64,000 nucleotides of DNA, from the NCBI GenBank assembly GCA_009841045.1, contig VXMO01000010.1:6544-70543 (forward strand), written 5' to 3'. Position 1 is the stretch's first letter. Every line of letters starts with the position of its first letter. The position numbers and the translations under genes are program-made. The stretch comes from Dehalococcoidia bacterium. Lineage in GTDB: Bacteria > Chloroflexota > Dehalococcoidia > UBA6926. Below, one piece after another: positions 19,874 to 29,373 of this stretch. Below the pieces are notes generated by a model. The model was not told the origin of the DNA. It searched no databases and was given only the letters and a program-made list of their open reading frames with translations.

Positions 19874-20593
19874 ATGGGACAGCTTGATGGGAAGGTCTGC
19901 ATCATTACGGGAGGGGGCAGGGGGATTGGAAAAGGGATTGCGCGCGCTTTCGCCAAGGAGGGCGCGACCCTTGTCCTGGCTTCGCGACAACTTGAGAACC
20001 TCAATGAGACCGCCGAGGAGATGCGCGGATATGGATCACCTACCCTCGTGGTTCAGACGGACGTGACCAGCGAGGAGCAGATCATCAGCCTCTTTGAGGC
20101 GACGATGGCGGAATACGGGAGAGTCGACATCCTCGTGAATAACTCCGGAGTGTTTGACGGCGGGCCTGTGGACGAGCTTTCGCTGGAGACGTGGAACAAG
20201 GTCATCACCATCAACCTCACCGCGGCTTTCATCTGTACAAGAGAGGCGATGAAGATCATGAAGCCGCAGGGAGGCGGCCGCATAATCAACATCGGCAGCA
20301 TCTCATCGAGTATTCCCAGGTGGAATTCCGCTGCCTATGCGACCTCCAAGCACGGAATCATCGGCCTCACGAAGTCGACGGCCCTCGAAGGGCGGGATCA
20401 CGGAATCTCGGCGGGGGCGCTTCACCCGGGGAGCGTGACGCTGGAGTGGCGCGGGCCTGAGGATCCGAATGCAACGATGTCGGTGGACGAATTGGCGATT
20501 GCGGCGTTGGCAATGGCCGTGATGCCACCGTACGCGACGATGCTTGATGCGACCGTGCTGCCCATCAGGCAGCCGTTTTTGGGGCGCGGCTAA
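19874..20593 (+). CDS. SDR family oxidoreductase.
   Basis: ITGGGRGIG, NNSG, YATSK. Confidence 0.8.
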   Translation: MGQLDGKVCIITGGGRGIGKGIARAFAKEGATLVLASRQLENLNETAEEMRGYGSPTLVVQTDVTSEEQIISLFEATMAEYGRVDILVNNSGVFDGGPVDELSLETWNKVITINLTAAFICTREAMKIMKPQGGGRIINIGSISSSIPRWNSAAYATSKHGIIGLTKSTALEGRDHGISAGALHPGSVTLEWRGPEDPNATMSVDELAIAALAMAVMPPYATMLDATVLPIRQPFLGRG

Positions 20594-20600
20594 CCCAAGA

Positions 20601-21623
20601 TCAGGCCGTCATTCTGAGGCTGGGGACGGCGTCCAGGCTGCCGTCATCGGGTTGAGCGCCGTTTTCGATGACGAAGGCGGCGCGGGCAGCGATCATGACG
20701 CCGTTGTCAGTGCAGAGGCCGGGGCGTGGCCGCCATACGGGCATGTCCGCCTTTCGCAGGACCTCCTCGCCGAGGGCGCTGTTTGCCGCGACACCGCCTG
20801 ACAGCATGACGGACTTCGCCTTGGTGGCTCGCGCGACTTCAAGCAGGCGGTCTGCCAAGCCAACGACGGCGGTCTGCTGAAAGCCGGCGGCGATGTTGGC
20901 GACGTCTTCCCCACTGAGCGCGTCCGTCCCGCCCCGTTCGTTCACGACGCGGAGCACGGCCGTCTTGAGTCCGCTGAAGCTGAAATCCCATGAGTCCCTG
21001 ATGAGCGGGCTGGGAAAGCGTACGGGGTCGGTCGCTTCTTTCGCGACACGCTCGATGATCGGGCCGCCGGGGTAGCCGAGGCCAAGCAGCCGCGCCACCT
21101 TGTCGAACGCCTCGCCTGCGGCATCGTCCCGCGTCTCGCTCAGCAGCCGGTAGTTGCCGTGCTCCTCAACCAGCACGATGTCCGTGTGACCGCCGGAGAC
21201 GATGAGCGCCACGGATGGCAGCAGCGGGTCGCCGCGCAGTTCACTGTCCCACTGCCCGTCCGCGATCCAGTTCGCATAGACGTGCCCCTCAAGGTGGTGG
21301 ATGCCGTACAGGGGCAGATCCCACGCCATGGCGAGCGCCTTGGCAAAGTTGACGCCCACCAGCAGGGACCCCGCCAGTCCGGGGCCGTACGTGACGGCGA
21401 TGGCATCAAGATTGAGGTCTCCATCGTGCCGCTGCATGACATCACGGAGGAGGGTGGGGAACGTCAGCAGGTGTTGGCGTGACGCGATCTCCGGGACCAC
21501 GCCGCCGAATCGCGCATGGATATCCGCCTGCGACGACAGGCCATGAACGATGACGTGACGGCCATCGTCCACGATAGCAATGCCGGTCTCATCGCACGAT
21601 GATTCGATACCAAGGACTCTCAT
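20601..21623 (-). CDS. tsaD: tRNA N6-adenosine threonylcarbamoyltransferase TsaD (Kae1/Gcp).
   Basis: MRVLGIESSCDETGIAIV...HHLEGH metal-binding motifs. Confidence 0.9.
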   Translation of the reverse strand: MRVLGIESSCDETGIAIVDDGRHVIVHGLSSQADIHARFGGVVPEIASRQHLLTFPTLLRDVMQRHDGDLNLDAIAVTYGPGLAGSLLVGVNFAKALAMAWDLPLYGIHHLEGHVYANWIADGQWDSELRGDPLLPSVALIVSGGHTDIVLVEEHGNYRLLSETRDDAAGEAFDKVARLLGLGYPGGPIIERVAKEATDPVRFPSPLIRDSWDFSFSGLKTAVLRVVNERGGTDALSGEDVANIAAGFQQTAVVGLADRLLEVARATKAKSVMLSGGVAANSALGEEVLRKADMPVWRPRPGLCTDNGVMIAARAAFVIENGAQPDDGSLDAVPSLRMTA

Positions 21624-21662
21624 GGTGTCATGGTGGCGTGGATTCTGAGTGAGCCTTCGGGC

Positions 21663-22304
21663 TCAGGCCGGAGTATTTTGCAGCATCAACATGGCGAATT
21701 CATTCTCCTGCGCGGCCATGCGGTAGAGCGAACGCATTGCAGGATCAATGCCGGACTTGATAATCGTGGATATGTGCTCTTCTTCAATGACATCCGGCAT
21801 CTGCGACCAGCCAATCACGATGGTATCGCCATCGCCAATCTGCTCGTTTGCCACGTAGATGGGCACCTCACCCTCTTCTCCGAGGGCGCTGACCGAGCTA
21901 TCCGGCGTCACATAGCCCGGATAGTAGATCTGCTTACTGGTAACAACCCAGGAGACCGCCGGCCCGGCCCACGCAAGGTAGACTTCATCCCCCGTGAGCG
22001 CGGCCAATACCGCGCTCGCGCGCCAGCCGCGCACCGAGTAGCCGCTGAGGGTCAACTGGGCAGACTCAATCGCGTTCTGCAGATAGCGTGTCGTCGTCAG
22101 CGTTCGCTGGGCGTTGAGCCCTTCCTCAAGCGATTCCCAGACGATGTCCGAGACTGTTGTCACCGGGCCCGAGACGACTTCAACCAGACCGCAAACGGCC
22201 TCGATGCCCTCTCGCTGCCTGTCATCCCAGACACGGATATAGGGCGCCATGGGCTGTGCCTCGCCGCCCGAAATGCTGAAACTGGCCGTCGTGTATTTTG
22301 CCAT
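21663..22304 (-). CDS. Hypothetical protein, cotranscribed upstream of tsaD.
   Basis: 213-aa ORF with coding-like composition and no recognisable motif; 39 nt upstream of tsaD on the same strand. Confidence 0.45.
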   Translation of the reverse strand: MAKYTTASFSISGGEAQPMAPYIRVWDDRQREGIEAVCGLVEVVSGPVTTVSDIVWESLEEGLNAQRTLTTTRYLQNAIESAQLTLSGYSVRGWRASAVLAALTGDEVYLAWAGPAVSWVVTSKQIYYPGYVTPDSSVSALGEEGEVPIYVANEQIGDGDTIVIGWSQMPDVIEEEHISTIIKSGIDPAMRSLYRMAAQENEFAMLMLQNTPA

Positions 22305-22466
22305 TCGAAAATCCCCGCGCTCTCAAAATAGCATTCCATTAATGATACCAGTGGGCGCTAGCTCTCCCCAGACTTGGGCGCCTGGCGCGAACGATTGCCG
22401 CGCGGGATGTAGAATAGTCACCTATAACGACGGCAATCTCCCACAAGAGAGGAGGGACGCGCGCGC

Positions 22467-23729
22467 ATGCAGGAGGTCGAGACCATTAGCCTAGTGCTAT
22501 TGGGGCTCTCCTTTCTTTTTTCGGCAATCTTCTCAGGCACGGAGGCGGCTTTTCTCGCGTCTCAACCACATCGCCTGAGGCACCGGGCCGAGAACGGTTC
22601 ACGAGGGGCGCGCATCGCGGAGCGGTTGAAGGAGAGGCCGGAGCGGTTTCTTTCGACGCTGCTGGTCGGCAACAACCTTACCAACACGGCCGCAGCGGCC
22701 ATCGCCACCAGCATCGCCCTGACACTGCTCGAGAACTCGGAGCAGGGTCTCGTTGCCGCCACGGTGATTACTACCATTGCCCTGCTCGTCTTCGCTGAGA
22801 TCACACCCAAGACGGTGGGCGCGCGTCATGCAGAACGCGTGATGATAATTCTGGCGCCGCCGTTCCGGGTTTTCTCCTTTGTTTTTGCGCCAATAACGAT
22901 TGTCTTCACAACGTTCGCGGGCTTTGTGGCGTGGCTGACGGGCGGGACGCGGCGCGCCGTGGTGGACGCGCAGGAGTTCCGCGCGATGATCAGAACCGGC
23001 GTGGAACAGGGAACGGTGGAGGAGCGGGAGGCGGAGCTGGTCCACAAGGTGTTCCAGTTCGGCGACCGCATGGTGCGGGAGATCATGACGCCGCGCACGG
23101 AGGTCATCTGGGTGCGGAACGGAACGACACTCTCAGAGTTCCTTGAGATCTACGCCCAGCATTCCCACTCCCACTTCCCCGTTCTGGGAGATGAGCCGGA
23201 CACCGTGGCGGGCATCCTCTCCATCAAGAGCGTTCTCCACAAGCACGCCCTGGGCGAACTCACCGTGAACAGTTCCGTAACAACGGACCTGCGGGAGACA
23301 CACTTCGTCCCGGAGACCAAGATGATCGACGACCTCATGGACGAGATGCGGGCCCAACGGTCGCGCATGGTGATGGTGGTCGACGAGTTTGGCGACATCT
23401 CCGGTCTCGTGACGCTCAGCCGCGCCATCGAGCTCATCGTCGGACCGGTGAATGATCCCGGCGAACCGCAGGCATTCCAGGCGGTGGATGAGCGGACGGT
23501 GCGCGTGGACGGCATCATGCACATCGACGAACTGGCCGAGCAACTGAACATCCACCTGCCGGACGGCGACGGCGAGTATGAGACCATCGCCGGGTTCGTG
23601 CTCAAGCAGCTTGGGCGGATTCCCGAGGAGGGGGAGGCCCTCGTTCACGGCCCGTATGAGATTACGGTGGCGCAGATCCACGGCGCGCGCATCGACGAGG
23701 TGACGGTGCGCACGGAGGACGCGGGATAA
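22467..23729 (+). CDS. CNNM/TlyC/CorC family transporter (DUF21 + CBS pair + CorC_HlyC domains).
   Basis: N-terminal multi-TM DUF21 (LLVGNNLTNTAAA), CBS region, and a C-terminal transporter-associated domain. Confidence 0.8.
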   Translation: MQEVETISLVLLGLSFLFSAIFSGTEAAFLASQPHRLRHRAENGSRGARIAERLKERPERFLSTLLVGNNLTNTAAAAIATSIALTLLENSEQGLVAATVITTIALLVFAEITPKTVGARHAERVMIILAPPFRVFSFVFAPITIVFTTFAGFVAWLTGGTRRAVVDAQEFRAMIRTGVEQGTVEEREAELVHKVFQFGDRMVREIMTPRTEVIWVRNGTTLSEFLEIYAQHSHSHFPVLGDEPDTVAGILSIKSVLHKHALGELTVNSSVTTDLRETHFVPETKMIDDLMDEMRAQRSRMVMVVDEFGDISGLVTLSRAIELIVGPVNDPGEPQAFQAVDERTVRVDGIMHIDELAEQLNIHLPDGDGEYETIAGFVLKQLGRIPEEGEALVHGPYEITVAQIHGARIDEVTVRTEDAG

Positions 23730-23759
23730 GGGAGTATTGGAGTTTCCTGGGAGGATTAG

Positions 23760-24830
23760 TTGGAAGACATCAAACTATGGGAATTGGATGGAACGCAGGC
23801 TAAACCCTTGGAACCGAAAAAACAGTTGGAATTAGAGAGTCTGCTGGAGGATATCCTCGTCAAGAATCCGGATCTGCTTATCAAAGACTTGAAACTCGTG
23901 GGGCGGCAGACCTCCACCGAGGGTGGACCGCTTGATCTGCTCGGCATCGACCCGGAGGACGGCAATCTGGTGGTGTTTGAGTTGAAGCGCGGGAGGCTGT
24001 CGCGTGACGCTGTCGCGCAGATTATCGATTACGCATCCGCCCTCAACCTCATGGGACTTGATGATCTCGCTGAGCACATAGCAGAAAGATCAGGCGAACG
24101 CGACATTGAGAAAATCGAGAACTTTCAGGAGAGGTACGGCGATGAGTTGGAGTCGCTGAAACAGCTGCGTTTGGTTCTTGTCGGCTTGGGAGCGGATCCT
24201 ACAACGGAACGCATGGTGCGGTTCCTCGCGCAGAATAGTGGCTTGGACATCTCGCTGTTGACTTTTCACGCGTTCGACCACAACGGCAAGACCATCCTTG
24301 CCAAGCAAGTGGCGGTAGATGCAGCGGGCGAACCAGACCGCGGCTCAACAAATCGACGCCGCACACGAGTGGAACTGGAGCGGGACTTCGAAGAGAAAAT
24401 AGAAAGGTTTGGGACACGTGACCTAGTTGATGATGCTCGCCACATGTTCAGTGAGAATTGGCCTGAATCTACCGTTAGAATAGAAGCCCGCGGACGCAGT
24501 ATACACCTAGGGCGAGGCAGGGATTCTAGGCGAGCCACACGTATTGATACCTTCAGAGAGCATACAATCAGCATCGCGTTTTTCAGCGAGACCAAGGCAT
24601 TGTGTCTGGACGAGTTTAGGGAGCTTGTAAGGGATATTGAGTACCGAATAGAACCGAGAAGCTACCGGGGCCCTGCGGACGCTTGGAAAAATCCCGAGAC
24701 AGATATTCATTTTCATCTGAACCGGCAGGAATGGGAACTGCACAGGGAGAGGTTGACCACTCTTGTGCAAGCCGTATACGCGGCGTGGCAGAACCAGGAT
24801 GAGGACACTGAGGCGGAATTGTTGTCGTGA
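23760..24830 (+). CDS. Hypothetical protein with an N-terminal NucS-like PD-(D/E)xK nuclease motif set. Lower GC than surroundings.
   Basis: LESLLEDIL...LVGRQ...GGPLDLLGIDPEDGNLVVFELKRG...AQIIDYA matches the E..L/GxQ/IDLL/ELK(R) pattern of NucS-family nucleases. C-terminal ~200 aa of unknown function. Its TGA stop overlaps the GTG start of the next gene (GTGA). Confidence 0.55.
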   Translation: MEDIKLWELDGTQAKPLEPKKQLELESLLEDILVKNPDLLIKDLKLVGRQTSTEGGPLDLLGIDPEDGNLVVFELKRGRLSRDAVAQIIDYASALNLMGLDDLAEHIAERSGERDIEKIENFQERYGDELESLKQLRLVLVGLGADPTTERMVRFLAQNSGLDISLLTFHAFDHNGKTILAKQVAVDAAGEPDRGSTNRRRTRVELERDFEEKIERFGTRDLVDDARHMFSENWPESTVRIEARGRSIHLGRGRDSRRATRIDTFREHTISIAFFSETKALCLDEFRELVRDIEYRIEPRSYRGPADAWKNPETDIHFHLNRQEWELHRERLTTLVQAVYAAWQNQDEDTEAELLS

Positions 24831-25465
24831 ACCTGTATCTGGTGCGGCATGGGGAGACGGAGTGGAATCGCGAGGGGCGCGCACAAGGGCGGGCTGACGT
24901 TCCGCTCAACGAGGCCGGCATCGCACAGTCGCAGGCGCTGGCGAGCACCTTTGCCTCTATGAACGTAGCGGCAGTTATGTCGAGTTCATCGCGGCGGGCG
25001 ACCCTCACTGCCGAGGCTATCGCCACGCCGCATAGCCTTGACGTGATTCCCGAGGATGACCTGCTCGAGCTTAACTTCGGCGGGCTGGACGGCGCGCCAT
25101 TGCGGGACATGCGCGAGATGTTCCCGGATTTCTTCGAACATTGGACTCGCGATCCGGCCACCGCGCAGTTCCCGGACGGCGGCGAGACACTGCAGCAGCT
25201 TCAGGATCGAACGTGGGCCGTTGTGGAGTCCGTGGCGCGGTCGCATGACGCGCAGGACAACGTGATCATCGTGTCGCACGCGTTTGCGCTGTATTCCATC
25301 ATGTGCCGGGCGCTGGGGATGCCGCTGTCCAACTACGGGCGGCTGCGAATCACGCCGGGCACGTACAGCCTCCTCATTTCGCGCGCGCCGAACGTCATCG
25401 GGCCGGCGGATGAGCTTCAATGGGCGCTGACGAGCTTGAACGTTGCGCCCGCCCGTACTGACTAA
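24827..25465 (+). CDS. Histidine phosphatase (phosphoglycerate mutase-like) family protein.
   Basis: LVRHGETEWN catalytic RHG motif. Confidence 0.8.
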   Translation: MNLYLVRHGETEWNREGRAQGRADVPLNEAGIAQSQALASTFASMNVAAVMSSSSRRATLTAEAIATPHSLDVIPEDDLLELNFGGLDGAPLRDMREMFPDFFEHWTRDPATAQFPDGGETLQQLQDRTWAVVESVARSHDAQDNVIIVSHAFALYSIMCRALGMPLSNYGRLRITPGTYSLLISRAPNVIGPADELQWALTSLNVAPARTD

Positions 25466-25472
25466 TCTTGTT

Positions 25473-26564
25473 ATGGCCCCAACCAACCTAGCGACAGGGT
25501 CCGAACTCGTTGGCAGTGTCCACAGAGCGTTGGCGTCCGGCGGTTTTGTGGGGCGCGGGGCGCGTTTACTCGTAGGCGTTTCAGGCGGGCCGGACTCTAC
25601 CGCGCTGCTAGCGAGCCTGGTCGATTTACGGGACGACTGCCAGTTTGAGTTACATGTCGTCCACGTGGATCATGGCTTACGCCCGGAGTCGCGTGGCGAC
25701 GCGGCGTACGTGCAGCGGCTGTGCGCCCGGTGGGACGTGCCCCTTAACGTGCGGCGGGTGAATGTTAAAGAGCTTCGGCGTGTGGAGGGGCTTTCTGTTG
25801 AGGAAGCTGCGCGCAGGGCGCGGCATACGGCGCTGCTCGAGGAGTCCGCTGCATTGCGGGCAGATGCCATTGCGCTTGGGCACACAGCGGATGATCAGAT
25901 CGAGACGGTGTTGTTGAGCCTGTTGCGCGGCGCGGGCCTGCGCGGGCTGGCGGGCATGGGGGAGGAGTCAGAATCGCCGTTCACGCTGCCTGATGGGGAG
26001 CGCGTGCCAATCCTCCGGCCTCTGCTTGGCGTGACGCGGGCAGACGTGATGGACTATCTGAAAGAGCGTCGGCTGCGGCCCCGGCAGGACGTTTCAAACA
26101 CCGACCCGGCGCATCTGCGGAATCGCGTGCGGCATGAATTGCTGCCGCTGATGGAACGCATCCGCGAGGGGGCGTCGGACGCCGTCGGGCGGGCCTCTGA
26201 GGATGCCCGGCTGGCGCTGGAGTACCTGGAGTCGCAGGCATGGGAGCTGTGGCAAGAGGCGTGCCAGATCACGGAGAACCGGCAGTCCGTGTGCATCGAT
26301 CGCGGAGTGATGCGCGGGGCGCACGCGGCGCTGCGGCATGTTGTCGTTGAACGGGCAGTCACATCGCTGCTTGGCTCGACGCAAGGATTCAGTCGGCGGA
26401 ACTACCGGGACATTGACGCGATGATCACGACGGGCCGCACCAACTCGGAGATCGATCTGCCGAAAGGGCTACGTCTTGCCTGCGGGGACAAGCGCATAGC
26501 GGTGCTGTCCATCGACGCGGAGGGCAGGCAAATTCGGTCGGCATTGGAGAAGACTCGACGGTAA
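25473..26564 (+). CDS. tilS: tRNA(Ile)-lysidine synthetase TilS.
   Basis: PP-loop LLVGVSGGPDSTALL and HVDHGLR. Start set at ATG 25473; the track ORF from 25443 overlaps the previous gene. Confidence 0.8.
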   Translation: MAPTNLATGSELVGSVHRALASGGFVGRGARLLVGVSGGPDSTALLASLVDLRDDCQFELHVVHVDHGLRPESRGDAAYVQRLCARWDVPLNVRRVNVKELRRVEGLSVEEAARRARHTALLEESAALRADAIALGHTADDQIETVLLSLLRGAGLRGLAGMGEESESPFTLPDGERVPILRPLLGVTRADVMDYLKERRLRPRQDVSNTDPAHLRNRVRHELLPLMERIREGASDAVGRASEDARLALEYLESQAWELWQEACQITENRQSVCIDRGVMRGAHAALRHVVVERAVTSLLGSTQGFSRRNYRDIDAMITTGRTNSEIDLPKGLRLACGDKRIAVLSIDAEGRQIRSALEKTRR

Positions 26565-26580
26565 AGGGTACTATTGAGGC

Positions 26581-26904
26581 ATGAGCAGGCGACGAAATCA
26601 GACTCCGAGGCCGGGCCGAGGCGGCGGGCGCGATGGCCGTGGTGGCGGCCAACCGAATATGGGCGGCAATCGCGCGGAGCGGCGTTCTTTCCTGGAGCGC
26701 ATACGCGTGCGGGAGGACGTCGCAGCGGACGCGCCCACAGGAATGCGCAGGAATCAGCCGCGGGGCAACAACAGGTCGCGCCGACGTGGCGAAGGCTGGA
26801 CGTTCGGCCGCATCTTCGTCCTGTCCGTCATGGCGTTCCTTGCGCTTGCACTCGCGCTCAGCGGCCTGATCGCGTTCTTGCCGCCGCCGGGGACGGCGAG
26901 CTAG
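26581..26904 (+). CDS. Hypothetical small protein: Arg/Gly-rich basic N-terminus and one C-terminal transmembrane helix.
   Basis: 107-aa ORF; C-terminal VLSVMAFLALALALSGLIAFL is a predicted TM helix. Weak support. Confidence 0.35.
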   Translation: MSRRRNQTPRPGRGGGRDGRGGGQPNMGGNRAERRSFLERIRVREDVAADAPTGMRRNQPRGNNRSRRRGEGWTFGRIFVLSVMAFLALALALSGLIAFLPPPGTAS

Positions 26905-26913
26905 GCCAGCCCT

Positions 26914-26942
26914 TTGACATTATAGAACGCTTGTTTTATTAT
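26914..26942 (+). promoter_or_regulatory. Near-consensus sigma70 promoter: TTGACA, 17-nt spacer, TATTAT.
   Basis: AT-rich promoter in a GC-rich genome, 38 nt upstream of the Gp37/Gp68-family gene. Confidence 0.45.
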
Positions 26943-26979
26943 CCGTCCGCAGCGTAAATCGCTAGCCAAGGGGCGTGAA

Positions 26980-27723
26980 ATGGCATCGACTATTGAGTGG
27001 ACGGACGAGACGTGGAACCCCGTTACCGGCTGCTCACGTGTCTCCCCAGGCTGCGACAACTGCTATATGTTCGCGCTGTACCCGCGCCTTCACGCCATGG
27101 GCGTGCCGGGCTACGAGAAATCGCCGGACACGGTCACGTTGCTGCCTGAGCGACTGAACGCTCCGTTGACCTGGAAGGCTCCTCGTCGCGTCTTTGTGAA
27201 CAGCATGTCCGACCTGTTCCATCCCAAGGTGCCATTTGAGTTCATCTCACAAGTGTTTGACGTCATGCGGCAGGCGGATCAACACATTTTCCAGGTGCTG
27301 ACCAAGCGACCTGGCAAGGCGGCAGGATGGTGGGAGAAATGTGGCAAGCACGAGTTCAGCGAGTGGCCGTCCAATGTTTGGATCGGGACATCGGTTGAGA
27401 ATGACAAGTACGCGCCGCGCCTGACTGTGCTTGGCCGGATTCCCGCAGAGGTTCGGTTCGTGTCAGCCGAGCCACTATTGGGTCCGCTTGATCTCACGCC
27501 CTGGCTATACGACGGAACGCTCCAGTGGGTCATCGTGGGCGGCGAGAGTGGCCCTCGCGCCCGCCCGATGGAGGAGGAGTGGGCAGATTCCCTCAAAGAA
27601 CAGACCACGCATGCAAAGGTGAGCTTCTTCTTCAAGCAATGGGGCGGACGTAAGGGGAAGCGGAGCGGGGATAAGGCGTTATTGGATGGTCGATTGTGGC
27701 AGGAGATGCCGGTAGCAGTTTAG
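26980..27723 (+). CDS. Phage Gp37/Gp68 family protein (DUF5131) with the three-Cys motif.
   Basis: N-terminal IEWTDETWNPVTGCSRVSPGCDNCYM is the hallmark of this family (C-x6-C-x2-C). 247 aa. Confidence 0.75.
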   Translation: MASTIEWTDETWNPVTGCSRVSPGCDNCYMFALYPRLHAMGVPGYEKSPDTVTLLPERLNAPLTWKAPRRVFVNSMSDLFHPKVPFEFISQVFDVMRQADQHIFQVLTKRPGKAAGWWEKCGKHEFSEWPSNVWIGTSVENDKYAPRLTVLGRIPAEVRFVSAEPLLGPLDLTPWLYDGTLQWVIVGGESGPRARPMEEEWADSLKEQTTHAKVSFFFKQWGGRKGKRSGDKALLDGRLWQEMPVAV

Positions 27724-27726
27724 ACC

Positions 27727-28578
27727 ATGACCCAACATCCCAGTTTCGGCGGCCCATGGACACAGGAAAAGCTGGACATCCTCAGGAGTTATTTGAACTC
27801 CTATACCACTGCGCTCAAGAACCAGCCCTTTAGTCTCATTTATATCGACGCTTTTGCCGGTTCAGGATGGTACCAAGCTAAGCAGCCTGAAGATCCAGGC
27901 AATTACGGCGAATTTGACGAGCTCCGAGCAGGATCGGCAACGATAGCTTTGGAGATTGACGACAGACCGTTTGACCACCTCATCTTCGTGGAAAAGGATG
28001 TGGAATTCATCGAGTCACTAAGTGGCCTGCAAGCCGAACATCCTAGTAGAAACATAGAGGTTATTAGGGGAGATGCGAATGAGGAGTTGCCCCTAATCTG
28101 CCAAGACATGCGGTCAAGTGAGCGAGCTGTAGTATTCCTAGACCCTTACGCGACAGAAGTTGACTGGGCAACAGTGGAGTCTGTTGCCAACACGAAGAAG
28201 ATTGATTGCTGGATTTTGTTTCCTCTCAGTGCCCTCACTCGGATGATGGACAACGATAGAAGACCGAATGAAGAACTTGCGGGCCATCTGGATCGAGTAT
28301 TCGGTGGGCGGCAATATTGGCAAGAACAACTCTATCGACCATCAATCCAGCAGTCCCTTTTCGCCGATGAAGAGATCGTAGCCAGGGAACCGCAGAATCG
28401 CATCGCTGCGCTTTACAAAGAACGGCTTGCCACTATCTTTCACGCAGTCGCACCTACTAGCCGACAACTGAGGAATTCTCAGAACTCACCAATGTTCGAG
28501 CTTATGTTTGCCGCATCGAACCCTGCAGGGTCACGGATCGCTATCGAAATAGCCAACCATATTCTAGAGCGCTGGTAG
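27727..28578 (+). CDS. TcmP-like (three-Cys-motif partner) protein with methyltransferase-like motifs. Markedly low GC.
   Basis: Starts 4 nt after the Gp37/Gp68 stop. IDAFAGSG resembles MTase motif I and VVFLDPYATE resembles the DPPY-like motif IV. GC about 50% against about 65% background. Confidence 0.55.
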   Translation: MTQHPSFGGPWTQEKLDILRSYLNSYTTALKNQPFSLIYIDAFAGSGWYQAKQPEDPGNYGEFDELRAGSATIALEIDDRPFDHLIFVEKDVEFIESLSGLQAEHPSRNIEVIRGDANEELPLICQDMRSSERAVVFLDPYATEVDWATVESVANTKKIDCWILFPLSALTRMMDNDRRPNEELAGHLDRVFGGRQYWQEQLYRPSIQQSLFADEEIVAREPQNRIAALYKERLATIFHAVAPTSRQLRNSQNSPMFELMFAASNPAGSRIAIEIANHILERW

Positions 28579-28587
28579 ACGTTTCTC

Positions 28588-29364
28588 TTACCGCACCTTT
28601 GAGCGGCCGCCGAAGCGGAGGCGGGCGAGGCCTTTGATGTCTTCCCAAGCGGTGGAGATTATTTTGACCCTTGTGTCCGGGTCCTCTTCCCACGCGACGG
28701 GGAAATCGGCGATGGGGTAGCCGTTCTTTTCGGCGATGAGCAGCAGTTCAGTATCGAAGAACCACGCGTTGTCCTTGATGAGCGGCAGCAGGTTGTCCGC
28801 GGCGCGGCGGCTGATGGCCTTGAAGCCGCATTGCGCGTCCGAGAACCCGCTCCAGAACACGGACTTGATCATCAGGTTGTAGGAGCGGGAGACGAACTCG
28901 CGCTTGAATGAGCGCGTGGTCTGCGCGCCGCGCTTGAGACGGGAGCCCGTCGCCACGTCGTGGCCGTCCCTAACAGCGCCGAGCAGGTCCGGGATGCGGT
29001 TGATGTCCGTCGAGAGGTCCACGTCCATGTAGGCGCGGATGTCGGCGTCGCTTTCGCTCCACGCCCGCTTGAGCGCCCGGCCTCTGCCTTTCTGCTCCAG
29101 GTGGACGACGCCGACCTCGCCCTCAAAGAGCGCGGTCAATTGATTCGCCACCTCAAGGGTGTTGTCGATGGAGCCGTTGTCGGCGATGACGACTCGCCAG
29201 CGGTAGTCGGCCAGGTTCTCGCGGCAATACGGCAGCAGGCGTTCGAGGCAGACCGGCAGCGAGTGCTCCTCGTTGTAGACGGGGATGACGATATCGGCGG
29301 ACGGGCGGGTTTCGGGCATGGCCCCCGCCTGCGCGGGGGATTCGGAGGGTATGGCGTCCGTCAT
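28588..29364 (-). CDS. Family 2 glycosyltransferase (polyprenol-phosphate sugar transferase-like).
   Basis: ADIVIPVYNEE...IADNGSID and DAD motifs. Confidence 0.8.
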   Translation of the reverse strand: MTDAIPSESPAQAGAMPETRPSADIVIPVYNEEHSLPVCLERLLPYCRENLADYRWRVVIADNGSIDNTLEVANQLTALFEGEVGVVHLEQKGRGRALKRAWSESDADIRAYMDVDLSTDINRIPDLLGAVRDGHDVATGSRLKRGAQTTRSFKREFVSRSYNLMIKSVFWSGFSDAQCGFKAISRRAADNLLPLIKDNAWFFDTELLLIAEKNGYPIADFPVAWEEDPDTRVKIISTAWEDIKGLARLRFGGRSKVR

Positions 29365-29373
29365 GCGCGCCGC

